Shown here: one piece after another, positions 48,492-58,338 of the stretch | Numbering within the stretch: the stretch's first letter is position 1 | How the letters are laid out: each line of letters starts with the position of its first letter | DNA from: Armatimonadota bacterium | GTDB taxonomy: Bacteria > Armatimonadota > SYMT01 | Length of the DNA stretch: 64,000 nt | Reading direction: 5' to 3' | Assembly: GCA_041690135.1 (NCBI GenBank) | Contig: JAWLHY010000003.1 | Span: 352,001-416,000, forward strand | The notes under the pieces: model-generated | What the model was told of the DNA's origin: nothing | Databases searched by the model: none | Seen by the model: the letters and a program-made list of their open reading frames with translations, nothing else | Program-made: the position numbers and the translations under genes

Positions 48492-49346
48492 TCAGGCTCT
48501 CTCAATGACCCGGTCGTAAGTCCCCCGCCAGGAACGCAGGATCAGGCGAGATGCCCCCTCGGACCCATCGGATGCCCACCAGTTCTCAGGTGGGTCCTGA
48601 CCGGCCGGCAGATTCCCGCCGCCTGCCGGTTGGTCGTCACGATAGAGGATGGTTACCAGGAGCCGCTCGGAAACCAGGTCGTCTACCATCCGGAAGGCGC
48701 GCTCCAGGTGCTCCGGATCGCCGGGAGCGACGTCCTCCAGGCGATGGAAGTGGTAGTGCCAGCCGTCGAACCAGCTCGGCCGTACCTCTGCGCCGAGGAC
48801 GCGGATGTCCAGCGGCATATCCACCGCCGGGTTCTCCGGAGGGATAGTCGCCACCAGGGCACAGTCCCACTCCAGCCCCTCCGGCCCCTCGTGGATGGCG
48901 GGATCCCCCGCCGGAACCAGACGTACGTGGGGCTCCCACTCGGGGAAGCGGTCCAGCAGCAGCTTCCGGAAGAGCTCCGCATCGCGCTCCGCCCGGCGCC
49001 GGACCTCCTGCTCCCATCCCGCGGCCAGGGCCAGGGCTTCCGGTGTCTCCGCGGCGCGGTTCTGCGCGTCCGAGACTTGCTCCGCCTCCGCCAATGAGTA
49101 CTCCCGGCGGAGGGTCCCGCCGTGCATCCCGCATCCGGGACAGGAAAAGGCGATGCCCCAGGTCTCCCGGAATCCATAGGCGGCGATCCGCTCCCGGATG
49201 CGCTCCCACCGATCCGGGCCATGTTCCTCTTCCTGGATTGCCCGCTGCTGAGTCGGAGTAGCAAGGCTCTCTTTAAAGAGGCTGGGGCGGTATTGCAGGA
49301 CACAGCCACAGTAGCTGCATCGTTCCGGATCGTGAAGTTCAGTCAT
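48492..49346 (-). CDS. Hypothetical protein with an N-terminal Zn-finger
   Basis: CSYC...CPGC; C-terminal RSWRGTYD. Confidence 0.7.
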   Translation of the reverse strand: MTELHDPERCSYCGCVLQYRPSLFKESLATPTQQRAIQEEEHGPDRWERIRERIAAYGFRETWGIAFSCPGCGMHGGTLRREYSLAEAEQVSDAQNRAAETPEALALAAGWEQEVRRRAERDAELFRKLLLDRFPEWEPHVRLVPAGDPAIHEGPEGLEWDCALVATIPPENPAVDMPLDIRVLGAEVRPSWFDGWHYHFHRLEDVAPGDPEHLERAFRMVDDLVSERLLVTILYRDDQPAGGGNLPAGQDPPENWWASDGSEGASRLILRSWRGTYDRVIERA

Positions 49347-49571
49347 CGGATCACCCGCTCGCTGAGTGTGCTGGTGAGCCACAGATTACGCAGATTGGGA
49401 TCGATTGTCCACTCGAATCCGATGGACTCTTGCCGATCGGCCAGGCTAGTGGAGCCCACGGTCGGAGAAGCCAGGTGCTGATAACGGTGGTGTGGCAGGT
49501 GACACTTGTCCGCACCCCGAACGAATGGGTGTGTGCGGTCCTGTTACTTCGACCGGATACGGAGGTTCACG

Positions 49572-50705
49572 GTGCGCAAGGCCCCCCTCTTTGCAATGGG
49601 ATGCTGTCTTTTACTGCTGGTGGCGCCACTGGCAGGCTCCACGGTGAGGGTCCAGGCCGCTGCGCCAACGGGACCGGAGCGCACGCCGGCGCCCGAAACC
49701 GGAATCCCGCAGAGCCACTGGTGCTACGACGTCATCACGCAGGTGGCGCAGAAAGGCATTCCCACGGGCTATCCGCCCAGCACGTTTTTTGGCAAGCACG
49801 TTCGAACTCGGGGAGAGTTCACTCGAGCCACGTGGAACGCGCTCCTCAACATACATGAGTCGGGGGAATTCGGTCTCAATGCTAGTGCCATTCTGGCCCG
49901 CGAGATCCTCAACAAACTGGTGGCGGAATTCGAACCGGAATTGATCCAACTGGTGACCGAAAAGCGATTGAAGGCCCAGTTAACCGCTATCGACGCACTC
50001 TGTCGCGACCCGAAGCCTCGCGGAGTCTCCAGTCCGCGGCCGTACAAAGCGGCCCCTTGGGGAGGCTGGCTCGAGGACCCGGAAACCCGTGCGGCAGCCC
50101 AGAAGGAAGGCGCTCGCCAGGCGGCGGAGGCATGGGCACGAGGCGAGATCACCCTGCTGACTCCCGACCGCCTGCCGGAGCGATTCCCCCAGCTTTCCGC
50201 CACGCTGCCGGTGCGGTACGTGCCGGACGCCACCGGGAACCCTCGGAAACTGCACTCCATTGCCGGGCACAACCGGGAGATCTGGCGGCGACTGCGGGAA
50301 GAACCGCATCCGTCGGGATCTAGCCTGGGCTGGGTGCGGGAGGTGTTCGACTTGAAGCAGGCCTGGCGCCAACGCCGGAATACGCTGCGGTTGAAGCGGC
50401 TGCCCGACACACTGGTTTCCTGCGACGGTCAGTTTACGTTCACCTTTCCCCCGGTGCACGGGCTTCCATACTTTTGCGTTCCCGTTGTGCGGATGGAGCT
50501 TTCGGGAAGCAAACCGCGGAAGGACGCCTTCCCGTGCCCTATTCCCATTGACTGGGAGCGCAACATCCGCCTGGCGGAGGGGCCCGCCGGATCGGGAGTG
50601 GTGCTCATCCGCTCCGAGCACCCAATCGGCGGAAAGCGGTGGCAAACGCGCATCCGCGCCGTGGACCTGCGGACCGGATGGGTGCTCAATGCAGTGGCGG
50701 ATTGA
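49572..50705 (+). CDS. Secreted S-layer homology (SLH) domain protein
   Basis: Signal peptide, PQSHWCY...KGIPTGYP...TRGEF SLH motif, then KLVAEFEPEL. Start uncertain. Confidence 0.7.
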   Translation: MRKAPLFAMGCCLLLLVAPLAGSTVRVQAAAPTGPERTPAPETGIPQSHWCYDVITQVAQKGIPTGYPPSTFFGKHVRTRGEFTRATWNALLNIHESGEFGLNASAILAREILNKLVAEFEPELIQLVTEKRLKAQLTAIDALCRDPKPRGVSSPRPYKAAPWGGWLEDPETRAAAQKEGARQAAEAWARGEITLLTPDRLPERFPQLSATLPVRYVPDATGNPRKLHSIAGHNREIWRRLREEPHPSGSSLGWVREVFDLKQAWRQRRNTLRLKRLPDTLVSCDGQFTFTFPPVHGLPYFCVPVVRMELSGSKPRKDAFPCPIPIDWERNIRLAEGPAGSGVVLIRSEHPIGGKRWQTRIRAVDLRTGWVLNAVAD

Positions 50706-50875
50706 GGCCACAGATATCGGTCGCTGGCGGACGCCACGGACGGGCCGAACCGGCGGTGTCCACAGATGGAAAAGATGGGAAAGATGAGGGGGAAGCCGGT
50801 CTCACGCCATTCGGCCACCTCATCTTCTCTTCCGCTCTTCTCCGCATAGTCTCAGCGTCCTCTGTGCCTCTGCGG

Positions 50876-52264
50876 TTAATTCCCTACTGGGCCTGGGTCC
50901 GCTGCGCCGGCGGCCTCTCGGCGGCGGGCTAGTTCGGCGAGGGTTTGCTCGTGCTGCTCCTTCGTGATGGGGAAGCGGTAGACGAGGTAGATCCCGGCTG
51001 CGAGGATGACGGCGGGGATAGGGCCGATCAGCAGGCGGATGACGAAAAGGGCGCTATCCGGCTGGACGGGGAGCTGAACCTCCGTCGTGGGTTTGATGTA
51101 TCCCGCCGCGCCGAGGAGCTGGCCGATCAGGAAGAGGCCGACGGCAACCGCCAGCTTTTGCAGGAAGACGAAGAAGCCGTAGAAGATCCCCTCCCGGCGT
51201 CTTCCCGTTTCCAGCTCATCCTGCTCGATCACGTCCGGCAGCATCGCCCACGGGACGAGGTACGCGGTGGCCACCCCCACCCCCGCCAGGACGGCGAGCC
51301 CGATGACGGCGATGGACGGCCAGGAGGGCTGGACCGCGAACAGCGCCATCGAGACGCCGATCCAGAAGACCATTCCGCGGTAGTAGACTCCCTTCTTCCC
51401 GACCCGCTTGCTCATGGCGCTCCAGATGAAGAGCCACACCAGCGCGCTCCCCTGTACCCCCAGCAGAACGCTGGCCACGAACCCCGGGTCGGACCGGCGC
51501 AGCCAGTAGTTGATGAAGTAGAGGAGAACGGTAGAGACCGTCTGCACCGCCAGCCAGGAAAGCAAGTAAATGCCGGAGACACAGCGGAAGGCCCGGTTAC
51601 CCATGGCGATCCGCAGTCCCTCGAAGAAACCGACCGGCGCCTCCGCCTCCACCCGGGGCCGCTCGTAGGTGCCCAGGAAGGAGAGGAGGAAGGCCGGCAG
51701 CATCGCGACGCCCCAAACCGCCGCCGAGCGCATATAGCCCTCCGGCGTGGGCGGGCTTCCCACCAGGAAGGGATGCACCACCATCGCCGCCACGCTGGCC
51801 ACGATGGAGAAGGCGAAGCGGAAGGAGTTGAGGCTGGTCCGCTCGTCGTAGTCGTCGGTCAACTCCGGGGTGAGCGCCGTGTAGGGGACGTTCACCACGG
51901 TGTACATCAGCTTGTGGAAGAGCAGGACGACGAGGAAATAGCCCACCCGGGCGTTCCCCTCGAATGGGGGGACGGTCAACAGCAGCACGAACGAAAGCGC
52001 GAACGGCACCGCCCCGAACAGCAGATACGGCCGCCGGCGCCCCCAGCGCGTGCGGGTGCGGTCGGAAAGGGTCCCCACGATCGGGTCGGTGACGGCGTCC
52101 CAGATCGTGCTCACCATCAGCAGCGTGCCAGCCACCTCGGGGGAGAGGCCCGCCACGTCCGTCATGAAGATGAGCAGGAAGAACCCGATGATGCCCGCCA
52201 CCATGGCGGGGCCCACGTCGCCCGCCCCGAAGGCGAGCTTGGTGACGAGCGGAAGGCGCTTCAT
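50876..52264 (-). CDS. MFS glycoside-pentoside-hexuronide (MelB-like) transporter
   Basis: WDAVTDPIVG, SDRTRTRWGRRRPY, NVPYTAL, RREGIFYG. Confidence 0.95.
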   Translation of the reverse strand: MKRLPLVTKLAFGAGDVGPAMVAGIIGFFLLIFMTDVAGLSPEVAGTLLMVSTIWDAVTDPIVGTLSDRTRTRWGRRRPYLLFGAVPFALSFVLLLTVPPFEGNARVGYFLVVLLFHKLMYTVVNVPYTALTPELTDDYDERTSLNSFRFAFSIVASVAAMVVHPFLVGSPPTPEGYMRSAAVWGVAMLPAFLLSFLGTYERPRVEAEAPVGFFEGLRIAMGNRAFRCVSGIYLLSWLAVQTVSTVLLYFINYWLRRSDPGFVASVLLGVQGSALVWLFIWSAMSKRVGKKGVYYRGMVFWIGVSMALFAVQPSWPSIAVIGLAVLAGVGVATAYLVPWAMLPDVIEQDELETGRRREGIFYGFFVFLQKLAVAVGLFLIGQLLGAAGYIKPTTEVQLPVQPDSALFVIRLLIGPIPAVILAAGIYLVYRFPITKEQHEQTLAELARRREAAGAADPGPVGN

Positions 52265-52464
52265 ATGGATAAGGAGTGGGTGAAGATAAGGATAATGAGG
52301 ATGCTCGCGCTATTGCACCCGGCAATGCAGTATCTGCTGCACGCGCGAATGCTGGAGTTGGGCTGCACGAAGGGCGATTGCGTTGCGTTGTGGGCGTCGG
52401 TGTAAGTTCTCGTCCGCGGGAGTGGTAGACCTCCTCATCCCGTAGCCGGGGGGCGTGTGGCACG

Positions 52465-52908
52465 CCGCCAGGTGATGGGGTGCAGCGGCGGATCTCGTGC
52501 GCATTGTCCGCCAGGCGATGGGCGGCCCAAAGCACGAAAGTACTCCACGCGGATAGTCCGGAGTGCCTTTTCCGAGCGCTGGCAGTCCGAATGCAGGCTA
52601 GCCGCCCTGGTAACCGCCTGCCCTCCCTCGGAGGGTAAACCTACGATTGAGGCGCCCGAGGGGCTCGCGAATGTAACGGGTCATCTGCGTCTTCCGAAGC
52701 GGTGTGTAGCGACGTGTCAACCAATTGTCGCCGGTGAGTGAAACCAGGCCTGCCGCAGGAATCGGAGCGCCCGAAAGGGCACCTTGAACGTAGCCGGGTG
52801 GTTACCAGGAACCCGCGCCGCTGTGAACGGTATCTGTCGCATTCGTATTCCCTGTGATGAGAGCGGGAGGTGCACTGCGCCTGGAGTCGGGCTCCATCAC
52901 CCGGCGGG
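52465..52908. repeat. Composite repeat element, copy 2
   Basis: CCGCCAGGYGATGGG at 52465 and 52508, 67-bp core at 52600-52666 (62/67 identical to copy 1), inverted end at 52894-52908. Confidence 0.75.
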
Positions 52909-52990
52909 ATAGGGGGCGAGAGCAGGGCTGCGAGCCTTCATCAGGCCCGGCTACACGACAAGTCCGGCGTATTCACTCCTTCGGAGAGAG

Positions 52991-53566
52991 GTGAGTCCCC
53001 CGGCTCCAGCAAACGTAGCCTCGATGATTGTTCTGGGCGCATTGCGAGAGTGGCTGGGCCCTGCCGGCTGGGTGGTCGGTCCCTGTTTGCTGGGCGGCCT
53101 CTGGTTCCGCCTGGGGCTGGGCAGGAGTTGGGTCCTCCTGGTTCTGCTGGACCTGCTGATTTTTCCGTTTATCTGGTGGGCGAGAGTGGGAGTCTCGCCG
53201 GAGAGCCGCTCCATCGTTGCGTGCCGCATCCTCGGGTTGCTGCTGGGCGCCGGGCTCCTGACGTTGGTGGCGCGGGGCGGTAGCCCCCCGACGGGACTGC
53301 TACCGGTGACGGGCCGGTGGACGGGAAGACTGCTGGCCGGAGTCGGACTCCTGGCGTTGATCCAGGCCGGGCCGTGGGTGCAGTTGCTGGAGTTTGCTTT
53401 CGGGCTCATAGATGAATCACGAATGGGCCACGGGGGCTGGTTGCTGTTCATGACCCTTTTATTCGTGTTTGCAGGTGTCGGATTGATCCTCTGGTACACG
53501 CTGGCGGCGCGCTGGGAACACCAGCAGCCGGTAGTGGGAGAAAGGCAGGTTCGACATGGATCCTGA
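52991..53566 (+). CDS. Hypothetical membrane protein
   Basis: GGAGAG RBS, about five hydrophobic segments. Confidence 0.65.
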   Translation: MSPPAPANVASMIVLGALREWLGPAGWVVGPCLLGGLWFRLGLGRSWVLLVLLDLLIFPFIWWARVGVSPESRSIVACRILGLLLGAGLLTLVARGGSPPTGLLPVTGRWTGRLLAGVGLLALIQAGPWVQLLEFAFGLIDESRMGHGGWLLFMTLLFVFAGVGLILWYTLAARWEHQQPVVGERQVRHGS

Positions 53567-53969
53567 AAAGGCGCAACGGCAGGCAAGGGAATTCGAAGAG
53601 GCGCAGCGGATCGCACGAGATACCGGGAGGGACCCGGGCGAGGTGCTCAAGGAGGAGTTCGGCTGGGACCCCTGGCCGCTGCTGACCGCGCAAGCCTACC
53701 TGCACGCGATGAAGCCGATCGATCTGGAGAGGACCCCACCCACCCCGGAAGCGGTGGACCTGCTCCCGGCGGAGATTGCCCACCGGTACGGCGCGCTTCC
53801 CGTCTGTCGCATGGGAGCGCAACTGATCGTCGCCGTGGCGGAAGCGGCCACGGCGGCGTCCGTATGCGTGCAGTTGGAGGCCGTCTGCGGCATGCCGGTG
53901 CAGGCTGTCCTGGCGAGCCAGGAGACGTGGGTTGCAGCCATGGATCGGTGCTACCCCAGGAGCGACTGA
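53556..53969 (+). CDS. Stand-alone T2SSE_N (MshEN-like) domain protein
   Basis: PIDL...PEAVDLLPAEIAHRYGALPV...LIVAVA resembles the PilB/GspE N-terminal domain. Confidence 0.75.
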   Translation: MDPEKAQRQAREFEEAQRIARDTGRDPGEVLKEEFGWDPWPLLTAQAYLHAMKPIDLERTPPTPEAVDLLPAEIAHRYGALPVCRMGAQLIVAVAEAATAASVCVQLEAVCGMPVQAVLASQETWVAAMDRCYPRSD

Positions 53970-54075
53970 ACGCGTTTAAGGTGCAAGGGAGTGGGTGAAT
54001 GCCCGTTAGCCTGCAGATGATCGGACCGGATGAGGTTCTGTGGGGATCAAGAGGACGGTGTTGAACGCAGAAGTA

Positions 54076-54442
54076 GCGCTGCGCGGGCTAACACGAAAGC
54101 ACGAAAATGCGAAAACGCGAAAAAGAGGGACACTCGGCAGTTTCCTCGCTACCGAAAGCGGGTTCGGCACCGATAAAGTGATGCGGTAACGGCAGCCGGT
54201 TCTCTCGCGGTGGGTTTCAATGCGAGCCAGTCCTCCAGCTTCGGCTTACGGTCTAGCCAATGCAATTGCTGGCGTGAATCAACCAAAGAGAGCGCTCCGA
54301 AATCTCTCCTTTGTCGGCGAAGGAGCACTACCAATTAGTCGAGGAGGGCTTGCGAAAAGAACTTCCTCACCGGATGAGTTTTCTTTCGTGTTTTCGTTCG
54401 AAGGGTTCCCTCTGGGATATTTTGTGTTAGCCCGCGCAGCGC
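54076..54442. repeat. Non-coding element with perfect 19-bp terminal inverted repeats (MITE-like)
   Basis: gcgctgcgcgggctaacac (54076-54094) and gtgttagcccgcgcagcgc (54424-54442). Confidence 0.65.
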
Positions 54443-54601
54443 CCGTCCTGGATCCGATCCCTCGAACACCGACGCTCAACCCGGCGCTATTGCCGCGAGC
54501 CTTCACGTCTTACCTTTCACGTTCCGGCACGAGCGCCGATAGTGGGTGAGCCGCCCGCCAGATCTCCACGACCACCCAGCGCCGGCCCATGATCTTCACG
54601 T

Positions 54602-56074
54602 TTACGCCAACAGTTCCTTGACTACCCGGCCGTGGACGTCGGTGAGGCGGAAGTCGCGGCCGGCATAGCGGTAGGTGAGCCGCTCGTGGTCGAAGCCGAG
54701 GAGGTGGAGCAAGGTGGCGTGCAGGTCGTGGACGTGGACCCGGTCCTTCACCGCGTTGAAGCCGAGGTCGTCCGTTTCGCCGAGGGTGATGCCGGGCTTG
54801 ACGCCGCCGCCCGCCAGCCACATGGTGAAGGCGTTGGGGTGATGGTCGCGACCGTCGTTGCCGCCCTGGACCATCGGCGTGCGGCCGAACTCCCCGCCCC
54901 ACACCACCAGGGTGTCTTCCAGCAGGCCGCGCTGCTTCAGATCCCGGATCAGGGCGGCGCAGGCGCGGTCGGTATCGGCGCAGTTCTTCCGGAGGTCCTT
55001 CACCAGGTTGCCGTGCTGGTCCCAGGCCTCGTGGAAGATCTGGACGAAGCGGACCCCGCTCTCCACCATCCGCCGGGCCAGCAGGCAGGTGTTGGCGAAG
55101 GACGCCTTCCCCGGCTCCGCGCCGTACATCTCCAGGATCTGCTTCGGCTCCCGCGAAATATCGACTAGCTCCGGCGCGGCGAGCTGCATGCGGAGCGCCA
55201 TCTCGAAGGAATTGATGCGGGTCGAGATCTCCGGGTCGCCCACCGCTTCCAGGCGGAGGCGGTTGAGGCGGTTGATCGCCCGGAGGGAGGACTCCTGGAC
55301 CCCCTCGTCCACGCCCGGCGGGTTGGAGAGGTAAAGCACCGGGTCGCCGACGGTCCGGAACTGCACGCCCTGGTACGTGGAGGGCAGGAACCCGCTGCCC
55401 CAGTTGGCGCTGCCGGCGCTGGGTCCCTTGGTTCCGGTGCTGAAGACCACGAACCCCGGCAGGTCCCGGCTCTCGCTGCCCAGGCCGTAGGTGACCCATG
55501 ACCCCATGCTCGGGCGGCCGAACTGCTGCGCCCCGGTGCTCATCAGGAGCTGTCCGGGGGCGTGGTTGAAGGCGTCGGTCACCATCGAGCGCACGATGGC
55601 GATGTCGTCCGCCACCGTGGCCAGGTGGGGGAGCAGCTCCGATAGCTCCGCGCCGCTCTGGCCGTGCCTGGCAAACTTGAAGCGCGGACCCAGCAGCTTG
55701 GAGTTGGGGTTAATGAAGGCCGCGCGGTACCCCTTGAGCAGCTCCGGCGGCGGGAGCTGCCCGTCGAACTTCGCGAGCTGCGGCTTGTTATCGAACAGCT
55801 CCACCTGGCTGGGCGCGCCCGCCATGAAGAGGAAGATGACGTTCTTCGCCTTCGGCACGTGATGGGGATGCTGGGGCGCGAACGGTCCCCGGGGGTCGGC
55901 AGCGGTGGTCTTCGCTACTGCCCTGGCCGGTGCGGCGTGTCCCTCCCCGGCGAGGAGGGTCTGGAGGGCGATGGCCCCCAACCCCACGCCGCACTGTTCC
56001 AGGAACCACCGCCGGGCGACGGTCTTCCGGTCCGCGGACGGCAGGCGCCGGTAGAGGGGATCCTGGCAGTTCAT
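54602..56074 (-). CDS. DUF1501 protein (Tat signal)
   Basis: [55 protein letters not shown]. Confidence 0.93.
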   Translation of the reverse strand: MNCQDPLYRRLPSADRKTVARRWFLEQCGVGLGAIALQTLLAGEGHAAPARAVAKTTAADPRGPFAPQHPHHVPKAKNVIFLFMAGAPSQVELFDNKPQLAKFDGQLPPPELLKGYRAAFINPNSKLLGPRFKFARHGQSGAELSELLPHLATVADDIAIVRSMVTDAFNHAPGQLLMSTGAQQFGRPSMGSWVTYGLGSESRDLPGFVVFSTGTKGPSAGSANWGSGFLPSTYQGVQFRTVGDPVLYLSNPPGVDEGVQESSLRAINRLNRLRLEAVGDPEISTRINSFEMALRMQLAAPELVDISREPKQILEMYGAEPGKASFANTCLLARRMVESGVRFVQIFHEAWDQHGNLVKDLRKNCADTDRACAALIRDLKQRGLLEDTLVVWGGEFGRTPMVQGGNDGRDHHPNAFTMWLAGGGVKPGITLGETDDLGFNAVKDRVHVHDLHATLLHLLGFDHERLTYRYAGRDFRLTDVHGRVVKELLA

Positions 56075-56225
56075 GGGGCGGGCTTCCTGGAGATCAATGG
56101 GCTTGGTGTCGGGCTTGAACCGGTTTCACTATCTGACGGAGAGGGGGCGAATCCCTTCCCCAAAGTTCTGGAGAGGGGTCCCGGCACGGGATGAGTCAGA
56201 CGACATGCAGGCACCTGCGATCGTA

Positions 56226-56254
56226 TTGCACCTTCCACACTCCTGGCTTATAAT
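56226..56254 (+). promoter_or_regulatory. Sigma70 promoter at the head of the accessory gene array
   Basis: TTGCAC-17 nt-TATAAT. Confidence 0.7.
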
Positions 56255-56333
56255 CAAGCAAGTGTTCGTCAGGTAGCCGAAGATGCGGTGCCTTTAGCAC
56301 CCGACATGTGCGCATTAATTAACGGAGTCTTGA

Positions 56334-57350
56334 ATGGCCGATTGCTTCATGTCGATTCCACGGCGACGTTGGGCATTAGTGCTCGTAGGCATCACCATCT
56401 CGATTGCTAGTTCTGCGGCAAGTGCGAAGCCCAGCCGAATGCCGCAGCCCCAACGGAAAGTGCAGCACGAGCAGGACCCCGGGGTCGATACGGGGCTGGT
56501 AAAGGCAGCAACCGCCCTGTTCACCGAGCCCAGTGCATCCTCTACCAGGATCAGTGCTCTTCGCAAAGGCGACCTGACGGTTCTGGTTTCGCGCGTGCCG
56601 TCCAGTGGCTGGCTCAAGGTCGTCCAGTTCACGACGGGACGCCAGGGCTGGGTCAAGGCAGATCGGCTGATTGTCCGCTATACGAAGCGCCGGGCTCCGG
56701 GACTGGATTTTCGGCGGGAGCTACTGGGAACGACCGAGTTGCCCTCCGTTCAAATCTCGAATGCCTCCCACAAGGTCCTTTTCGTGCACATCGGCTCACT
56801 CCCGGAGATCCAGATCCAGCCATACACCAGCAAGTCCCTCACCATCGACTCTGGGGCGTATTCCTACAACGCCGCGTCACCTGGTGTAATTCCGGCGTTC
56901 GGTTCCATGGCTTTTGTTACGGGCGGCAAGTACACCTGGACTTTCACCATCGGTAAGACCGGAACTGGGACCCGGCGGAAGGCCGATCCGGCGCTGATTG
57001 CCGAGATGAACAAGCTTCAGGCCGAAGTTGACGCGGCGGCCGCGGAAGTGCGTTTTCAGAAGCAGCAGATCGATGCAGATCAGGCTGCACTCACACAGAA
57101 GCGTGAGGCCGCCAGGCGCCGGTCCGAAGAGATTGAAGCGCAGCGAGAGAAGCTGGACCGGTCGGACGGAGCCGCAGTCGACGCGTTCAACAAGTCGGTG
57201 GATGCCGTGAATGCAGAGCTTGGCAGCATCCGCGAGGCCGAAGAGCGACTGGATGCTTTGATCGAACTCTACAATACCAAGGTCGAAGCTCTGAATGCAT
57301 CAGAACAGCGCCTCGATGCTCTTGCTGACAAGATCAACGGGACACGATGA
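56334..57350 (+). CDS. Secreted SH3-domain protein with a C-terminal coiled coil
   Basis: Signal peptide, GWLKV...GRQGWV bacterial SH3 motif, long heptad-rich tail. Confidence 0.75.
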   Translation: MADCFMSIPRRRWALVLVGITISIASSAASAKPSRMPQPQRKVQHEQDPGVDTGLVKAATALFTEPSASSTRISALRKGDLTVLVSRVPSSGWLKVVQFTTGRQGWVKADRLIVRYTKRRAPGLDFRRELLGTTELPSVQISNASHKVLFVHIGSLPEIQIQPYTSKSLTIDSGAYSYNAASPGVIPAFGSMAFVTGGKYTWTFTIGKTGTGTRRKADPALIAEMNKLQAEVDAAAAEVRFQKQQIDADQAALTQKREAARRRSEEIEAQREKLDRSDGAAVDAFNKSVDAVNAELGSIREAEERLDALIELYNTKVEALNASEQRLDALADKINGTR

Positions 57351-57399
57351 GGAGAGCCGACCACCTATCTCCCCACGCATCGCTCGGGAGGGTTACGAA

Positions 57400-57924
57400 A
57401 TGGAACTGAGACAGGCGCTCAAGGAGCAGTACCACGCCGGGCTGGCGATGCTTGCGGAGTGCGTGGAGAAGTGCCCCGAGAGCATGTGGCTCGCGGGCGA
57501 GCACCCGCGCACTTTCTGGCGCATCGCCTTTCACGCCGCTTTCTTTGCGCACCTGTACCTGGGCCAGGGTGAGGAGGTGTTCCAGCCGTGGCCCGGACGC
57601 AGAGAGGGCATCCATTCCAGGCTGTGGGACTCGCCGGCCGAGGTGGAGCCCTATGAGCTGCCAGAGGGAGCCGAAAGCTACCGGAAGCACGAGATCCTCG
57701 ATTACCTTCGGTTCGTGGACTCATTGATTGATCCCACCGTCGACCGTCTCAACCTCGATTCCGGCGAGACGGGCTTCTCGTGGTACCCAAACATGAGCAA
57801 ACTATCCCACCAGCTCATGAACCTGCGCCACCTCCAGGGCCACGTAGGGCAGTTATCCGAACTGTTGATGGCGAAGGGGATCGATACCGACTGGATCGCC
57901 AGGTCCGGTGGGCTACGGCATTAG
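57400..57924 (+). CDS. DinB-like family protein
   Basis: FWRIAFH and NLRHLQGHVGQL histidine triad; GGAGG RBS. Confidence 0.8.
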   Translation: MELRQALKEQYHAGLAMLAECVEKCPESMWLAGEHPRTFWRIAFHAAFFAHLYLGQGEEVFQPWPGRREGIHSRLWDSPAEVEPYELPEGAESYRKHEILDYLRFVDSLIDPTVDRLNLDSGETGFSWYPNMSKLSHQLMNLRHLQGHVGQLSELLMAKGIDTDWIARSGGLRH

Positions 57925-57957
57925 GGGGTTCTACACGATGGGTGGAGGCTTCAGGAG

Positions 57958-58338
57958 ATGGGACTTTTAGAACGCCTCTTTGGCAGGCGGAAGGACAGCG
58001 CGGACGAGCAGTGGCAGGTGCCGATTGTCCAGGAAATCTGCGTGGCCATGTTGCAATTGGTGCCGGAGGGCTGGGAAAGTGCCTACCTGGTGCTCGAGGT
58101 TCCCGCCGAGGGCCTGGGGAAGGGGCTTTCTCACTCCGCCATCACGCGCGACAGACCCGCTCCGGATGGTCGGGTGCGGGCGGGGGAGTTCGTCACGCCG
58201 GACATGGCGGTGATGGCCGCCACCCGCAAGCTGGAGCTGGGCTGGCTGGAGCGACAGAAGACGTTCAAGCGGGTGATTATCTCCGCCACAGATGCGGGGG
58301 ACGGCTGGCAGATCCGGAGCGACTACGAACACCGATGA
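57958..58338 (+). CDS. Hypothetical protein (immunity-like)
   Basis: AGGAG RBS, PEGWESA...W...YE pattern; function inferred from context. Confidence 0.65.
   Translation: MGLLERLFGRRKDSADEQWQVPIVQEICVAMLQLVPEGWESAYLVLEVPAEGLGKGLSHSAITRDRPAPDGRVRAGEFVTPDMAVMAATRKLELGWLERQKTFKRVIISATDAGDGWQIRSDYEHR

Noticed and set aside
56098-56130. tRNA 3' fragment (att site) at the array boundary, minus-strand GGTTCAAGCCC...CCA
   Set aside because: The T-stem has only three pairs and no D or anticodon arms fold.
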